Source of the DNA: Balamuthia mandrillaris
Lineage: Eukaryota
NCBI GenBank assembly: GCA_031835245.2
Contig: JAVKOQ020000037.1
Coordinates: 124,001-188,000 of the forward strand
Reading direction: 5' to 3'
DNA: 64,000 nucleotides
Shown here: positions 45,046 through 58,654 of the stretch, one piece after another
Numbering within the stretch: position 1 is the first letter of the stretch
How the letters are laid out: each line of letters starts with the position of its first letter
The notes under the pieces: generated by a model
Databases searched by the model: none
Told to the model about the DNA's origin: nothing
What the model saw: only the letters and a program-made list of their open reading frames with translations
Program-made: the position numbers and the translations under genes

Positions 45046-45231
45046 CCTTTCTTTCTTTTTATTTTTACGTTTTCCTGGAAATTTTTTACCGAAAAAGCAA
45101 GAATGTTACCTATGCCGAGAATGATAATAATGCTTGGAATTTATCTGAAGAGAGAAGAGAAGAGAGAGGAGAAGAGAGAGGAGAAGAGGAGAGAGGAGAG
45201 AGAGATGAGAAGAGAGGAGAGAAGATAGAGA

Positions 45232-45266
<35 letters not shown>

Positions 45267-45446
45267 TCATAAACAACAACAATACGAAACACGTGGATGG
45301 CAGCACTTACAAAGCTATAGGAGGAAGAAATTAAAAGAGCTTGTTGCAAGAAAAAAAAATTAAAATAAATAAGTTGGTGCTGTGCTTCTCTTTACATCTT
45401 GTGGTTGAGGAAGAGCGGGAGCAGAGAGAGAGAGAGAGAGAGAGAG

Positions 45447-48400
45447 TTAAGGAATGATCCAAGAAGAGACTTCAGAGTACCAGACGTAAGTGGCTGGAAG
45501 AGCCCACGATGGGAAGTGCATTAGGTACATGAGGCCTTGCTCCGTTGGGACAAGATGGACGCCGCCTATCTCGAGAACGACTTGCTGCGGTCCTTTGAAG
45601 GTCAGGGAGAGGTCCCATTGGGTTATGTTGTGTCCTCCTACATGTCGCACGAAATAGTGACCTGTATTTTTTTGTTTGGTTAACAAGACAAAGATAAGCA
45701 AGACAGTGATTCCGGTGATGAGAAGAAAATGAGCAATTAGAGCGAAAGAAGCAGAAAATAAAGTCGAGTTTTCACAGGAAAGAAAAGAACGATAGAAAGA
45801 AAAGAAAACATACCAAGAGGAGCAGGGGGAAGCTCCGGTCCCAACGACCACGATACCAGCGTTTGATTCTCGCTGTCGTCTATCCACAAGGAACATATCT
45901 CATATCCCTCATAATGAAATCTCAGCTCCAACGTCCTTTCATTGGTCTCCGGACGATAGACATCCTCCAAAAGCTCCAACCAAGGATGCTTTCTCTCCGG
46001 CACCGGCTTTCTTTCTCTCCGGATGTACATCTTTCGGTCTAAAGCACGACGCAAGGTCTGTGGAGAGTTAAAGTCCACAGAAATGTCGTGAAGATGGCCG
46101 TCTGTGTCTTCTCTGTCTTGAACGACGAAAAGATGAGGCGAAGGAAGAGGAACTGGTATGGAAACAGCAGAAATGAAGGAAGAGAACGGATAGATGGAGA
46201 CAAAATCCAATTCGGTGTCCTCTCGGGAGTAGTCGTGGTGGCTGTCGAATGCAGAAACGCGTTTGAGTTCTTCTTTGAGCTCTAACTTTTTGGTTGGGTC
46301 CAGTTTTGAAACAAGCGATTTAACTGACAAGCTATCAACCCCTCCCACCAATAATACGCTCTTTCCTACAACGTTCTTCGGTGTCGTTCCTTCAAACTGC
46401 AGAAGATCATCTTCATAGACGGTAGAGGAATCTCTTTGTCGTTCTTCTTTAACGAAAGCACCAAACGAAGAAGAAGATTTGGTGAGAGTGAATGGAGGAG
46501 GTCGATACGTGTGTTGAATGATTAAACGCTTGGGAGTGGTGTCAGAGTAAGGAGACGTGAAAAGGGCAAAGAGAATAGTCGCCAAGCAGACAAGAAGGAA
46601 GAGCTTGAGCACGGGTTTGGGATTGCCAGCTTGAAGGAAGAAAAGGAGTAGAGGAAAGCTGATTAACGCGGTTAAGAAGCCGATAAGTCCTCCTATCACT
46701 AGGTCGGCTGGAACAGCAGCTCCCGTTCTTAGTGAAATAAAAATGCCAAGTTAGATTGTGAAAAGAGGACAACAGAAAAGAAAGAAAAAATGAAATTGCT
46801 ATAAAAGACAAGCAAAACAACTCTCCTCACAAGAACGAGTTCAACGAACCTTCCCATTAAAGGGATAAACATGGTCAAAACGATGAATGCGCAATAAATA
46901 CTGGAAATGGTGGGAAACAACACCGCCACAAACCCATAAATAACGTTTCTTGTTGTAGTTCGTTTCTGTTCCTTTTCCACCCTCTTCTTTCGTTCCGTTC
47001 CAACCGTTTCGATAGTGACCGTTGGAGCTTTGTCTCGCAGAGCGCAGATCAAATAGTCGTAGAGGAGATCGACGACAACGCAGCCAATCAATTGAAAGAG
47101 CAGAAGCACCATCCAAAAGAATGCTGACTGAATTCCGGCTAACGTGAGAGCAGAACAGATTACCACGTAAAACAAGAGAATGGAATGCCGAATGAGACGA
47201 TTCAACGCAGCTGAATTGTTTCGTTGTAGAATTGTCAGGTTGTTCTTCTTGGCTGAATCTCGAAGAATCCAGAAATGAAGCGTTGCAATCATGCCAAGGA
47301 GAGCAGGAGGCCCGTAGAGGGCGGCCGAAAGCCATGGAGTAGAAAACCAGGAGAGAGGATGCACGAAGAGCATGAAGAGAGCGATGGGGAGAGGAGTCAG
47401 AACGGCGGCCAACCAAGTGAGAGAGAGTCGAGCAGTAAAGCTGAATTGAGAGAGCAAGGAAGCTGTTGGGAAGTGACGACGAGCGAAGTCGCTGCTGCTG
47501 TTGAGATAGGTAGGAAGGATGGTGGAAGAGAAGTAAACGTAGACAATGGCCAACAGGGAGAGGCCAAGGTTAAGCACGATTGCGAAGTTAGCGGGATACA
47601 TAATGAGGAATCCTGAACGAGAAAGAGCAGCGTTAGATAACTAAGTAAATGAGAAAGAAGGATCAGGAGAGGAAAAGAGATACCAAAGATTTCAAAGAAA
47701 ACATCAGGAGAAGAAAAGGTTGGGCGCTTAAGGCATCCATCAGACAGCTCCTCAGAAGTAAGATAGCGTATCATTCCTAAAGTATTATCTCCCATATGTT
47801 GCATGCTCCCCGGAGTGAGCATATCGAGATTATCTAAACTCGTGTGATAGACATAGCTTTTTTGTTGTTTACATGGCATGGATAAGTTTCAATGCATAAA
47901 TATGAAAATAACGTTTTTTACCCGTTCTTGTAGAAAGCTGTATCTAAGCCAGGTTTGTTGCCAAAGTCGCGAAAAATGCGAAAGTCGGTATCACTAGGGA
48001 TGATACCAGAAGAAAAGATCTCTTGCGCCTTTGTTTATTTGTAAAGCATAAGAGAGAGAGAAGAGAGAAGAGAGAAGGGAGAAAGAGAGAAATCATGAAA
48101 ACAACTATACCAGCACGCTACCGTGGGGATACTTAGCGGATAAGGCGTAGGCTCTTGCAAGTTCTTTAGAGCCAACTTGAAACAGAGTGGAGGAGCCACC
48201 TGCGCCCGCAGCTTCCAAGTTTATAACTGCCCCAACGCTTAGCGCATTTGTAAGTTAGCATATAGGTATCAGAATAGCAAAGAAAGACGTAGAAAAAAAC
48301 CTGTCAGCCCAAGGGTGTTGGGACACAAACGCATGTGAGCCTTGAAGCAAGGACTCCTCAGCTCCGTTCAACAGGAATATCACGTCGTAATCGAGTGGTG

Positions 48401-49479
48401 GCTCCCATAGTAAGTTTCGGATCATTTCGAGACAGTTGGCAACTGCCACGCCGTCATCCGACGCACCACGTCCTCCCAACCCAGAGTCGAAATGAGCATT
48501 CACAAGCAAACTTTCTTTGTTCTCTGTGTATAGAGGGAAGGTTTACAAATAAGAGAAGAGCACGAGGGAGAACAGGAGAGAGGATAGGGAAGGAGAAAAG
48601 AAAGAGAAATACAAAACTTGAATGCAAGGAAGGAACGCGAACAACAATGTTGGTCACCTCCGAGTAGTGGTTCGTGAAGTAGCTGTGTATGAACAGAAAG
48701 AAGAAAGAGCCGCTGCCCTTTTGAACGTCAATCGAGAGCACACGGCCCATCAGCTTCGCCTCGTCTCTCCTCCCTTCAAAGCTTTTACATCTGTCTTCGT
48801 GAGTCTTTTTTTGTTTTTGTTTTCGTCAGAACTAAAAATGTGAGAAGAAGCAAAGAGAAGAGAAGAAAAGAGAAGAGAGGAGAATAGGGCAGTGAGCAGT
48901 GAGCAGTGAGCAGTGAGCAGTGAGCAGTGAGCAGTGAGCAGTGAGCAGTGAGCAGCGAGGCAGCGAGACAACGAAACAGAGAAAGGAATCAAAGCAGAGG
49001 GCGAAGAACAAACCTGGCAATAGTCTTGTTCTATTTGAAGGATCTTGTCAAGAAGAAACCGAGCGGTATAAACGTCGTTGTTTTTGCTTCCCGGAAAACC
49101 TTTTTTTTTTTTCGTTTCAGGGTTTAATCGATCGATTTGTTCATATAGAAGAGAGTGAAAAAACATATAAAGAAGACGTACGAAAGCCAATCCGCTGGAT
49201 CAGTTCCTCCAGGTAGACGTACGCTCGGGCCTCCGAGAACTGGGAGAGGGGCACGTCCGCAGGGGCAGGCGCTGGCAGGAGCGAGTACTCGCGGTGCACG
49301 AACGCGCAGAGGGCGAGGAAGAGCAGGAGCAGGGCCAGGTAGAGCCTGAGCGTCTGCGCCAGCGTGACGGCCCCCCGCGGTGGGAGCTGCCTTTGGTGTT
49401 GCGCGTCGTGGTCGCCTTCCAGGTCCCCGCTGGCGCTGGAGGGGGAGGAGGGACTCTCTGCTATGCGTCGCTTTCGCAT
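45447..49479 (-). CDS. ERMP1: ER metallopeptidase 1-like (peptidase M28 plus multi-TM)
   Basis: [79 protein letters not shown], multiple TM helices, FIPLMGR, PKRL..QH. Confidence 0.93.
48889..48955. repeat. (GCAGTGA)n heptamer tandem repeat
   Basis: About 9 perfect units in an ERMP1 intron. Confidence 0.92.
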
Positions 49480-49733
49480 CTTTGTCTTTTTTTTTGTTTC
49501 TCTTTGGCCTATCAGCTGAGCAAAGCACTGCTGCTGCTGCTGCTGCTGGACTTTCGCTCCCCTTTTTTTTCTTCTGTCAATTAATGTCCGATGGACGTGA
49601 GACTGGATAGGAGAGTGCACATTGCTATCGTGTCGTCTTGATAATCATGACGACACGGTAAATCGCGTCGTCAAGGACGACGCGATCTCTCGGGCTGCTT
49701 TGGGGAAGCCCAAGAGGAGCAAGCGAGACAGAC

Positions 49734-49788
<55 letters not shown>

Positions 49789-49970
49789 GAGAGAGAGAGA
49801 GAATGAGAGAGATGGAAAGGAAAGGCGCTTGGCATAACATGGAAGGGGAAAATTTTAACAATAAGACTAAATTATCATACAGCTGATGAGAGAGGAAGGC
49901 CACATATCAATATCCAAAACTTGCCGAACGAAGGACGATGAAAAATATAAAGAGGGAGGTGAGTGTGCTT

Positions 49971-50743
<773 letters not shown>

Positions 50744-51017
50744 TTAAATAAGCGACCTTCACACACTAAAAAAAAACCACAAACCACACCTTCACCGAAT
50801 CGTCTTCCTCTTTCTCCCCTCAGCGGCGGTTGTTATTTTTACTCCTGGAAAACAAAAATAGACTTTTTTTGTTTCACGAACGGACGCGTGCCAAAGACGC
50901 CCCAACCGTCACTGTCGACCGAAAATAGAAAACTCCGTGTTTTCCTGATTGGTTGAAACAATCAAGCAATGTCGACATGATTAGGCGCCTCTTCGGCGGA
51001 TGATGGGAGTCTCGTCC

Positions 51018-52495
51018 TCAGTGGGCGTGGCGAGAGCGGGCGGTGATGAAGATTTCGTGCTTGGGGGAGGTGACCAAGCCAAAGACAGGTTCGGGAGGTT
51101 TTTGGCCGGGCGATGGCGTGATGTCGAGCCGTCGTAGCAAAGAGACCAAACAGATGCCTGCCTCCGCAAACGCGAAGCGATAGCCTGGACATACACGCTT
51201 CGCAATCACAAAGACACCATGGGTAAGTTTCCCTTTACTCAGTGCTCTCTCTGTCGTTCTCGCATGCTCTCGCGCTCTGAGTTGAAAAAAAGGTACCTTT
51301 CCAGCAAATCCAAAGGGAGAAAAGGCAAGGGGATGGCGTTTAGCACTCTCCTCCTTGCTGAATCGCGATGGGTCAAACTTTTGAGGCTCTGGCCAAATCC
51401 GTTCGTCTTGCAACACAACACCAAGTGCGAGTACCATCGGTGTCTATATGGACGCGCATGAGTTGGAATGAAGTCAAAGAATGAAAATATCGAAAAAATT
51501 AAGGCAAAAGAAGTATGGAGTACCTTTGCAGGGATGTGATAACCACCAACACTTATGTCAATGTCAGACTCCCTTGCAGCCCATGGAGCTAATACCGACT
51601 TTCTAAGAGACTCGTTTAATACCTGATTGAGAAGTCTTCGAAAATGAAATATGTTAGAATAATGCCATTCAAGAGAGAGAGAGAGAGAGAGGAAGCGAGA
51701 TGACATACTTCATTTGAGAAAGAGTTTCCACGGAGAGAGGTCGGTCGGAAAGGACATCATCTATCTCCTCTTGGAGCTTTCTTTGGAGAGAATGCTCTTC
51801 TGCCAGAAAGTAAACAGACCAAGCCAGCACTAAAGAAAACAAATAAAAAGGAACAGGATGCATAAGAAAATATTAACCAAAGAAAACATGAGAATGACCA
51901 CTGCGTACTGTTTCCAGTGGTATGAAAGCCACCCACAAGATAAGTGATGGCCTCTGAGAACAATGCCTGCTCGGAGCTGACCACTTGTGACAGAATTTCG
52001 ATAAAATGACCGCTTTCTGTTGGGTTTTTGCCTTCTTTGTCCACTATCTCCTTGATCTTCTGTTGCATGTACTTCAATGCTGTTGAAGAAATAATAAGAT
52101 GCAGCTTTGTCTTGAATAAGTGAAGCAGGATGAAGTACCCTCATCAAAATTCCTTTGCCGTGCAGAACCTGGTTCAGGGAAAGAACCATCCACTCGTTGT
52201 TCCATTTCGTGCCAACACTTGAACGATAACTTCGTTAGTAACTGAACGAGAAGCAGAGAAACACAAGAACAAAGAGAAGAAAACGAGGCGAAAACTTACA
52301 GTTTCGTAAGCCTGATAGATCTTTTTGATTTCTTCCTCATCTTCAAACGTCTTTCCAAAAGACGTCAGGAGAATGACCCGAAGCGCAAAGTCCATCATCT
52401 CGCTATGGAGAGGAATACTTCCTTGTTCTTTGCTCCATTTGTCCACCTTTTCTTTTGCAATCTGAAAACAGAACGAAAGTGTCTTTAATATATAC

Positions 52496-52536
<41 letters not shown>

Positions 52537-53259
52537 GGCACCTTTTCGAAGCACCAAAACAATTGTTTGATGGCTGTATGAGAGAATCCTCTGTCGAGAG
52601 TTTTTCTTCTGTCCTTTGCTGGCTGTCCATTTGCATATTGGATGCTGTCTTTGCCAATCAAAGGCTCAAACAAAGAAAACAACATAACTGAAACCGACAG
52701 AACGAGCCAAATAGAGTGAGAAAAAGAGGAAGAGGAAGAAGAAGAAGAGAAGATGAAGAAGAAGAAGAAGAAGAAGAAGATGAAGAACAACAAGAAGAAG
52801 AACAACAAGAACAAGAACAACAAGAAGAAGCAGAAGATGATGATGAAGAAGAAAATGAACAAGAAGGACAGGGAGAAGAACAAGAACAAGAACAAGAAGC
52901 ATGAAGCAGAACAAAGGCAGAAGAACAAAAACAAAGGGGTGTAGCAAATAGCGATAAGAAGGAACGAACCAGGCCTATCAAACAGCCTGTTTACTTGCTT
53001 CCAAAGCTCGGGTGACGCCAGAGAGACCACTTGACGGTCGCCCCACCAGAAAGCAGCCAAGTCGCCGTGGCTTTTGTGCAACTTCACCAGGAACTGGTGA
53101 AGACTGCCTGCCCGCCCAAGATCCCCCAAGTTACCAAGCCTTTTGTTGTACAAGTGGTTTCAGAGGACAACAGAAGTGGAAAAGTGCGAACGAGAGAAGG
53201 ACACAGATGGTGGAAGAGATTAGAAGCAGAGAACAAAGGAATACATGACACAACGAAGA

Positions 53260-53293
<34 letters not shown>

Positions 53294-53558
53294 CGCAAGA
53301 AAGAAAGTTACGTTGGGTCGGAAGGAGCGAGCCCAGGGAGAGGGCGTGCAGAACTAGCGCTGCCAAAGGGCGCAGCAGCGGTTCGGGTCCTGGCGGTGAG
53401 CGCCCCAAACAACTATTTCTCACGCTTTTGCACTCAGCAAACCACCACCATAAAAAAACAAACAACGCAATGCATGGTGGCCGCACCCTTTTCACAGCGA
53501 CGGTAAGAAGGACGAGCAAAAGCGTCCATGCGCCCACCAGCACCACACCCGAAGACAT
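51018..53558 (-). CDS. Cytochrome P450, CYP20A1-like
   Basis: N-terminal anchor; PLPGLAPSDPTLGNLGDLGRAGSLHQFLVKLHKSHG..FWWG..VVSL; I-helix VGGFHTT; ESLR; FDPSRF; heme motif PFGFAGKRVCPG. Confidence 0.88.
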
Positions 53559-54036
53559 CCGCTCAGAAAAGGGTCGAACAAATGCCTTTTTTTTTGTTGT
53601 TGTGTTGTTTTTTTCTTCTTCCTTTCGTTTAGTGTTTGGACAGCCAGCTTTGCTTAATAAAGACCCTGTGTGTGTGTGTTTTTCTTTTTTTCATATTTAT
53701 GGACTTTTGTGAGCAAACAAACCTTTAGCGTTGTTCGTGTTCCCGTTGGACTTGTCTCATCTCTCTCTCCCTCTCTCTTCTCTTCTCTTCACTTCACTTC
53801 ACTATCCCTCTCACTACATTTCATTCTCGCACATGCAAAATGCCCTGAAAGGAAGAAGAGCTGAACCGTGACGGGGGAGCCTTTTGTCCGCCGTAGTCCA
53901 CCCCTTCTTCCATGAAAACGAAATGGACATATTTCGGCCATTCAACGTTTCTTCTGCGGACCGGCATTATATTGGCAGATGGATACTACGGCGAGACAAT
54001 ATAGAGATCTATATTGCAAAGCACAAGGCGGTGACG

Positions 54037-55826
54037 ATGGACCGACGGTGTTTGTTGTTGCAGCTTGTGCTGGGCCTCTGCCTGGCGGCCTTGCGCACGG
54101 AGGCGGCACCGAGCTACAACACGGCCCTCGCCACTGAGGCGATGTGGTACTCTGCGGCCGCCTATTGCTCTCCGGATAAGCTGCTTCTGTGGAACTGCAG
54201 CGTAAGTATAAGTTTTTTTTGTTTCGCTTCTCTCGAGCTCTCTCTTCCTCCCTCCTCTTTTTTGTTTCGTTCCATTCTTGCTCTCCTTCTCTTTTTCTTT
54301 GTTACTCACTTCCACTTTTTGTTACACACTTAATAATGATAAACAAGGCTTGCGATAACGTACCAGGCGTGCCCACCGTTCGTCCCATCTTTCACGCCTC
54401 TGCCAAAGACTTCACCTACGGCTATGCCACCTACAACGTGCGCACTAACCTCATCGTGGTGGCCTTTCGTGGAACCAACGGCCTTCCAACCTCTCCAAGC
54501 TTCAACTCCTTTGAGAGCGTTCTGAACTGGGCCACCAACCTGAACTACCACCAGGTCAACTACCCCAACAACAGTTGCAGCAGTGGTCAACCATGCATGG
54601 TCCATCGTGGATTCTTTGAGTCGTATGATAGTGTGAAGACGCAGGCGAGGTCCACTGTAGGCGCGTTGGCAAGCACCTATCCCAATGCTCGCATCTTGGT
54701 CACCGGCCATTCCTTGGGAGGAGCTCTGGCCACGCTCTGCGCTGTTGATCTGGTGGCCTATGGCGTCGTCACCGATCCCTCCAGAGTCAGCTTGTACACC
54801 TTTGGCGCGCCGCGCGTGGGCAACAAGGAGTTTGCGGCGTGGGCCTTGACAGGCCTGAACCTCTTTGACACTTGGAGAGTGGTGCACGGAGACGACTTGG
54901 TACCGCACGTGCCTCCGTTGGTTGTTCCTGGCGGCGAGACCTTCTTCCACATCGCGACCGAGGTGTGGTACAAGCGGGACAGCCCCACAGCCTACAAGGT
55001 CTGCGCCCCCATCGGAGAAGATCCCACCTGCTCCGACTCCTTGCTGAGCTATTCGGTGACCAGCCACGAGGTCTACTTGGGCCAGTACATCTCTCAGTTT
55101 TGCTCCAACTGCTCCTCCTCCGGCCGCTGTCCCGACCGGAAATGGGGCCGCTGCTGCGTGCTTGACTGCCCTGCACACTGCGATCCCTATCACACTTGTG
55201 ACATGACCACCGGCCGTTGCTACCAATGCGAGGACGTGCTGCCCCATTACTGGTCTCCCGATTGCAGCCAGGCCTGCGCTCCTCACTGCGATGTCGCTCA
55301 CGCCTGCAACAGAGACAACGGCCAGTGCTATCAGTGCCAGCCTCGTACCGACAAAGAGCCTGGCTGGTGGGATCCTTACTGCAACAGCACCTGCCCTGAC
55401 AACTGCGATGTCTTTCACACCTGCAACAGAGACAACGGCCAGTGCTATCAGTGCAAGGAGAGAACGGACAAGCAACCTGGCTACTGGGGTCCTCACTGCG
55501 AGAATGCCTGCCCCGACAACTGCGATGTCTTTCACACCTGCAACAGAGACAACGGCCAGTGCTATCAGTGCAAACCGCGAACGGAGACGGAGCCCGGCTA
55601 CTGGGGTCCTCACTGCGAGAACACCTGCCCTCAGAACTGCGATCTCTACCATACCTGCAACCGAGAGAACGGAATCTGTTACCAGTGCAAGGAAGGTTTT
55701 TGGGGAGAGCGGTGCGAGTCCGTTTGCCCTTGTTGCGAGCGCAAAATATGCGACAGGGACACTGGCAAGTGCATCGGACCTCCTTGTGGAGGCTCTCCCT
55801 CCGTTCTTTTTGGAGAACAACCATAA
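54037..55826 (+). CDS. Secreted class-3 lipase with C-terminal Cys-rich EGF/laminin-like tandem repeats
   Basis: Signal peptide MDRRCLLLQLVLGLCLAALRTEA; YSAAAYC, VVAFRGT, VHRGF, VTGHSLGGALA (Ser), YTFGAPRVGN, DLVPHVP (Asp), H..Y (His). One intron ~54202-54347. Confidence 0.93.
55167..55725 (+). repeat. Coding tandem repeat, 117-bp (39 aa) unit, ~5 copies
   Basis: Unit starts at 55275, 55392, 55509 and 55626 (exact 117-nt period), plus a shorter unit at 55167; consensus CPDNCDVFHTCNRDNGQCYQCxxRTxxxPGYWGPHCEN. Confidence 0.92.
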
Positions 55827-56789
55827 AAAAAACCAAGTCGGTTCGTTTGTTTGTTATTTTTTCCCTCCTGAAACGGTGAAGCTGGGGAGGTGCAATGATG
55901 GTATGTGTGGCTCCAGTTGTTTCTTTAAAATAAAAAAAAACATTTCACACACATGGCCACAGATGCAAACACATCTTCGGTATGGCGTATCGGCTTCCGA
56001 TACGAACTTTTTTGGAGAACGGGCAGCGTTTGACAAAGCAACAAAAGTTGACTGCTCAAATCGGCCAGCACTTCTACACTTTACAAAAGCAAATAAAGGA
56101 AAACGCAACCAAGAAAGAGAAGAAAGATATGGTACTAGCCGGCTAACAATCAAACACTTTCAGAATCGCTTGAAGGACATGGATGAACTGCATGCCGCCC
56201 AGCTTCCAGTGAGTCTTGAGTTGTTTGATTGTAAGCAAGGCTCTCAACAAGTTGCCTTGCCTTCGAAAGTGGCGCAGAAGGTCACTTTGAAGTTAGTGCG
56301 AACAAGTCAGGGTGATGGCGTGGTCAGCACACAACAGTGGGTACGCCTGGCGGAAAAAGGTTTATCCAAAATAAAAGGTCGTAGCCGCCTGTCAACCCTG
56401 CGAAGTAACGCTTAACGCCTCCTCCATTGTCTTCGACTCCTCATATGTTACCCTGCGGCGCTACGCCGTTTTAACCGCCCACGCTTGCTGGCGGAAGAGA
56501 GATATAAAAAATGTAGCAGGGGGTTTACAAAAAAAACCTATTATACGAAAAATGTAGCAACAACAACATTTGTGGAGGAGAAGGGGGGAAAAAAGAGAGA
56601 CCAAAAAAATGTAGCAACAACAACATTCCATATCGCAGAAACAACAACACTGGAACATGCGTAGCGGCGGTGGTGATAAGAGAGAATGATAGAAAGGAAA
56701 ATATTTTTTTAAAAAAAAAGTAGCAGCAACCAAGCACGCAAACGAGAGCAAACGTAGCCAAAGAGAGGAACAGCAACGCCAAACGAAAC

Positions 56790-58035
56790 ATGGACCTGAG
56801 AGCAACGGAACAGAACGAAGGGGCATCACCGCTTCACCCTTCTTCTTCTTCTTTGATGCCTCCAGATTACAGCGCAACGCCATGGGCCTTGATAGAAGAG
56901 GAGGAAGAGGAGAGCGGCAATGCTGCTGCCTTGGTGGCCGCTGCTATTTCTATGTTTGAGGAGGACAACGCCTCTTGGGCGGCCGAGGATTTTGCTGCCG
57001 CTCTCGATGCAGAACTGGCCGATGCCGAGCGACTGGCCGATACTCACTTTGGTGGCAAAGGAAGTGCGTTGGCAGATGTGGAGAGGAGTGGCGACGGTCT
57101 GTCTTGGGAAGGCGAAGATGAGGAAGAAAGCTTCTTGAGTGATGGGGCAACGGATGACCCTACTACTTTTCTTTCGTTGATGGAACTGCCGCTTCATGTG
57201 GAGTCTCCGCCAGAGCTTTCTTCGTTTGTGCAAGAAGCAGAAGAGAAGGAAGACCATAGAAGAAAGAAGCAAATGACCAACGCTACAATGGAAGAAAGCA
57301 GAGCAGCAGAGAAGCAAGTAGATAAGGTAGATGAATGCTTGCATGAAGACAAAGGCATTATGCTCTGTCCAGAGAAAATAGATGAGATCCTTGCGGAAGA
57401 CGGAGGAGAAGAGGGCAACAAACAACGAAAGTCCACTGAGAAGCTTAAGGAAGAGAGGGGCTCAACGCAACAGCGCACGAGAAAACGCAAAAGACCATAT
57501 GAGACGCAGTTGTCGAGGCATACCAGAAGCTTACTCCGGAAGCTCCAACAGCGTAAGTTCTTGCTTCCTTTTCCTCATCGTTGTTCTATTGGTAACGATA
57601 ACTGTAGATGGTGAACAAGCGAAAGTTCGAGAACTGAGCGCAGGCGCAGAATTTGATGAGCGAAGAGCATACGAGATCATCAGAGGTGAGTGGCCTTCGT
57701 TCGTTATTTTCTCGTTGTTCTGATTACAATGTCGTCAGTGTTGGAGGCTCTTGGCTTGCTGAAACGACACGAAAAAGAAGTCAGTTTCGGTATGACGTCC
57801 TGTATCTTTCACTCGTAATCCAACAACTTACCGAAAGTCAAACCAAACAGCCAGTGGCGAAGTATCGTTGGCAAAGCCTGTGGATGTCATCGACCTCGCC
57901 AGCCACATAGAAAGGGCAGCATACAAGGTGCGCAAGTATGAGAAGCGCTACAACCGGCTGCTCCAGCAAGCCGCAGAAATGGCAGAAGGCGCCGCGCAGA
58001 GCAACCACAGCCACAGGATGAGCAAAGAGGAGTGA
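56790..58035 (+). CDS. Divergent E2F/DP-family winged-helix protein with long acidic N-terminus
   Basis: Splicing across three GT-AG introns gives RKRPYETQLSRHTRSLLRKLQQ|HGEQAKVRELSAGAEFDERRAYEIIR|VLEALGLLKRHEKEVSF, similar to E2F RYETSL..RRIYDITNVLEGIGLI, then a short helical tail ending at TGA 58035. Confidence 0.7.
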
Positions 58036-58121
58036 AAGAGGGAAGGGCAGTGATTGATTGGTTGAAAAAACAGCTCATTTTTTTTATTGTCAACTCTGAA
58101 ATTTCCACTTCTTGTAAGCGC

Positions 58122-58205
58122 GCATCTATGGCCGAGCGGTCTAAGGCGGTAGACTCAAGTTCTACTGAGGTTATCCTCGCGTGGGTTCGAATCCCACTGG
58201 ATGCA
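58122..58205 (+). tRNA. tRNA-Leu(CAA)
   Basis: Acceptor stem GCATCTA/TGGATGC, A-box TGGCCGAGCGG, anticodon arm GTAGA-CT-CAA-GT-TCTAC, long variable arm, B-box GGTTCGAATCC; oligo-T terminator at 58210-58218. Confidence 0.97.
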
Positions 58206-58415
58206 ACGATTTTTTTTTGTCATGTTGGCTTCTCTGGTGTTTTTTGTTTGAACCCGGAGAGAACGGGGGACTAAGTTGCGCAAGAAGGTTAGACAAACAG
58301 GTTTTCCTAGGATGGATCACTCGTACCAAAAGGTACACCATCTTCCTCTACGCCACACCAGCATCAATGTGTACTCTGAGTTCCGGAGAGATAAGGGCAA
58401 CCCCAAAAAAATTGT

Positions 58416-58499
58416 TGCATCCAGTGGGATTCGAACCCACGCGAGGATAACCTCAGTAGAACTTGAGTCTACCGCCTTAGACCGCTCGGCCATAGATGC
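58416..58499 (-). tRNA. tRNA-Leu(CAA), identical inverted copy
   Basis: Exact reverse complement of 58122-58205; T7 terminator at 58405-58411. Confidence 0.97.
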
Positions 58500-58654
58500 G
58501 CGCTGGTAAAATGGCTGGTATCTTTGGGTCGTCCATGCAGCACTCCTCACTTTTGTTGAAAGCGAAGCAACCTTGCGGCCTCCTTTCGCTTCTAGCTCTC
58601 TTCTTTTGGGTGTTGTTATCGTTTCTGTTTTGTCTCTTTGTTAAGTAGTTAGGT

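Noticed and set aside
45119..45150. ATGATAA...CTGA C/D-like pair
   Set aside because: Only ~30 nt with no rRNA complement recognised; more likely 5' UTR sequence of the CTC1-like gene.
55167..55725. Regularly spaced repeats resembling a CRISPR array
   Set aside because: In-frame 117-bp coding repeats in a eukaryotic gene; no unique spacers and no cas genes.
54330..55836. Long minus-strand ORFs of 496 and 349 aa
   Set aside because: Shadows of the GC-rich, repetitive lipase exon.
55950..56415. Coding-like fragments on both strands downstream of the lipase
   Set aside because: Minus-strand frame has an internal stop and no recognisable family; the + ORF is mostly a frame-shifted lipase overlap.
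58032..58550. Small ORFs containing MAERSKAVDSSS
   Set aside because: Translations of the tRNA-Leu genes.
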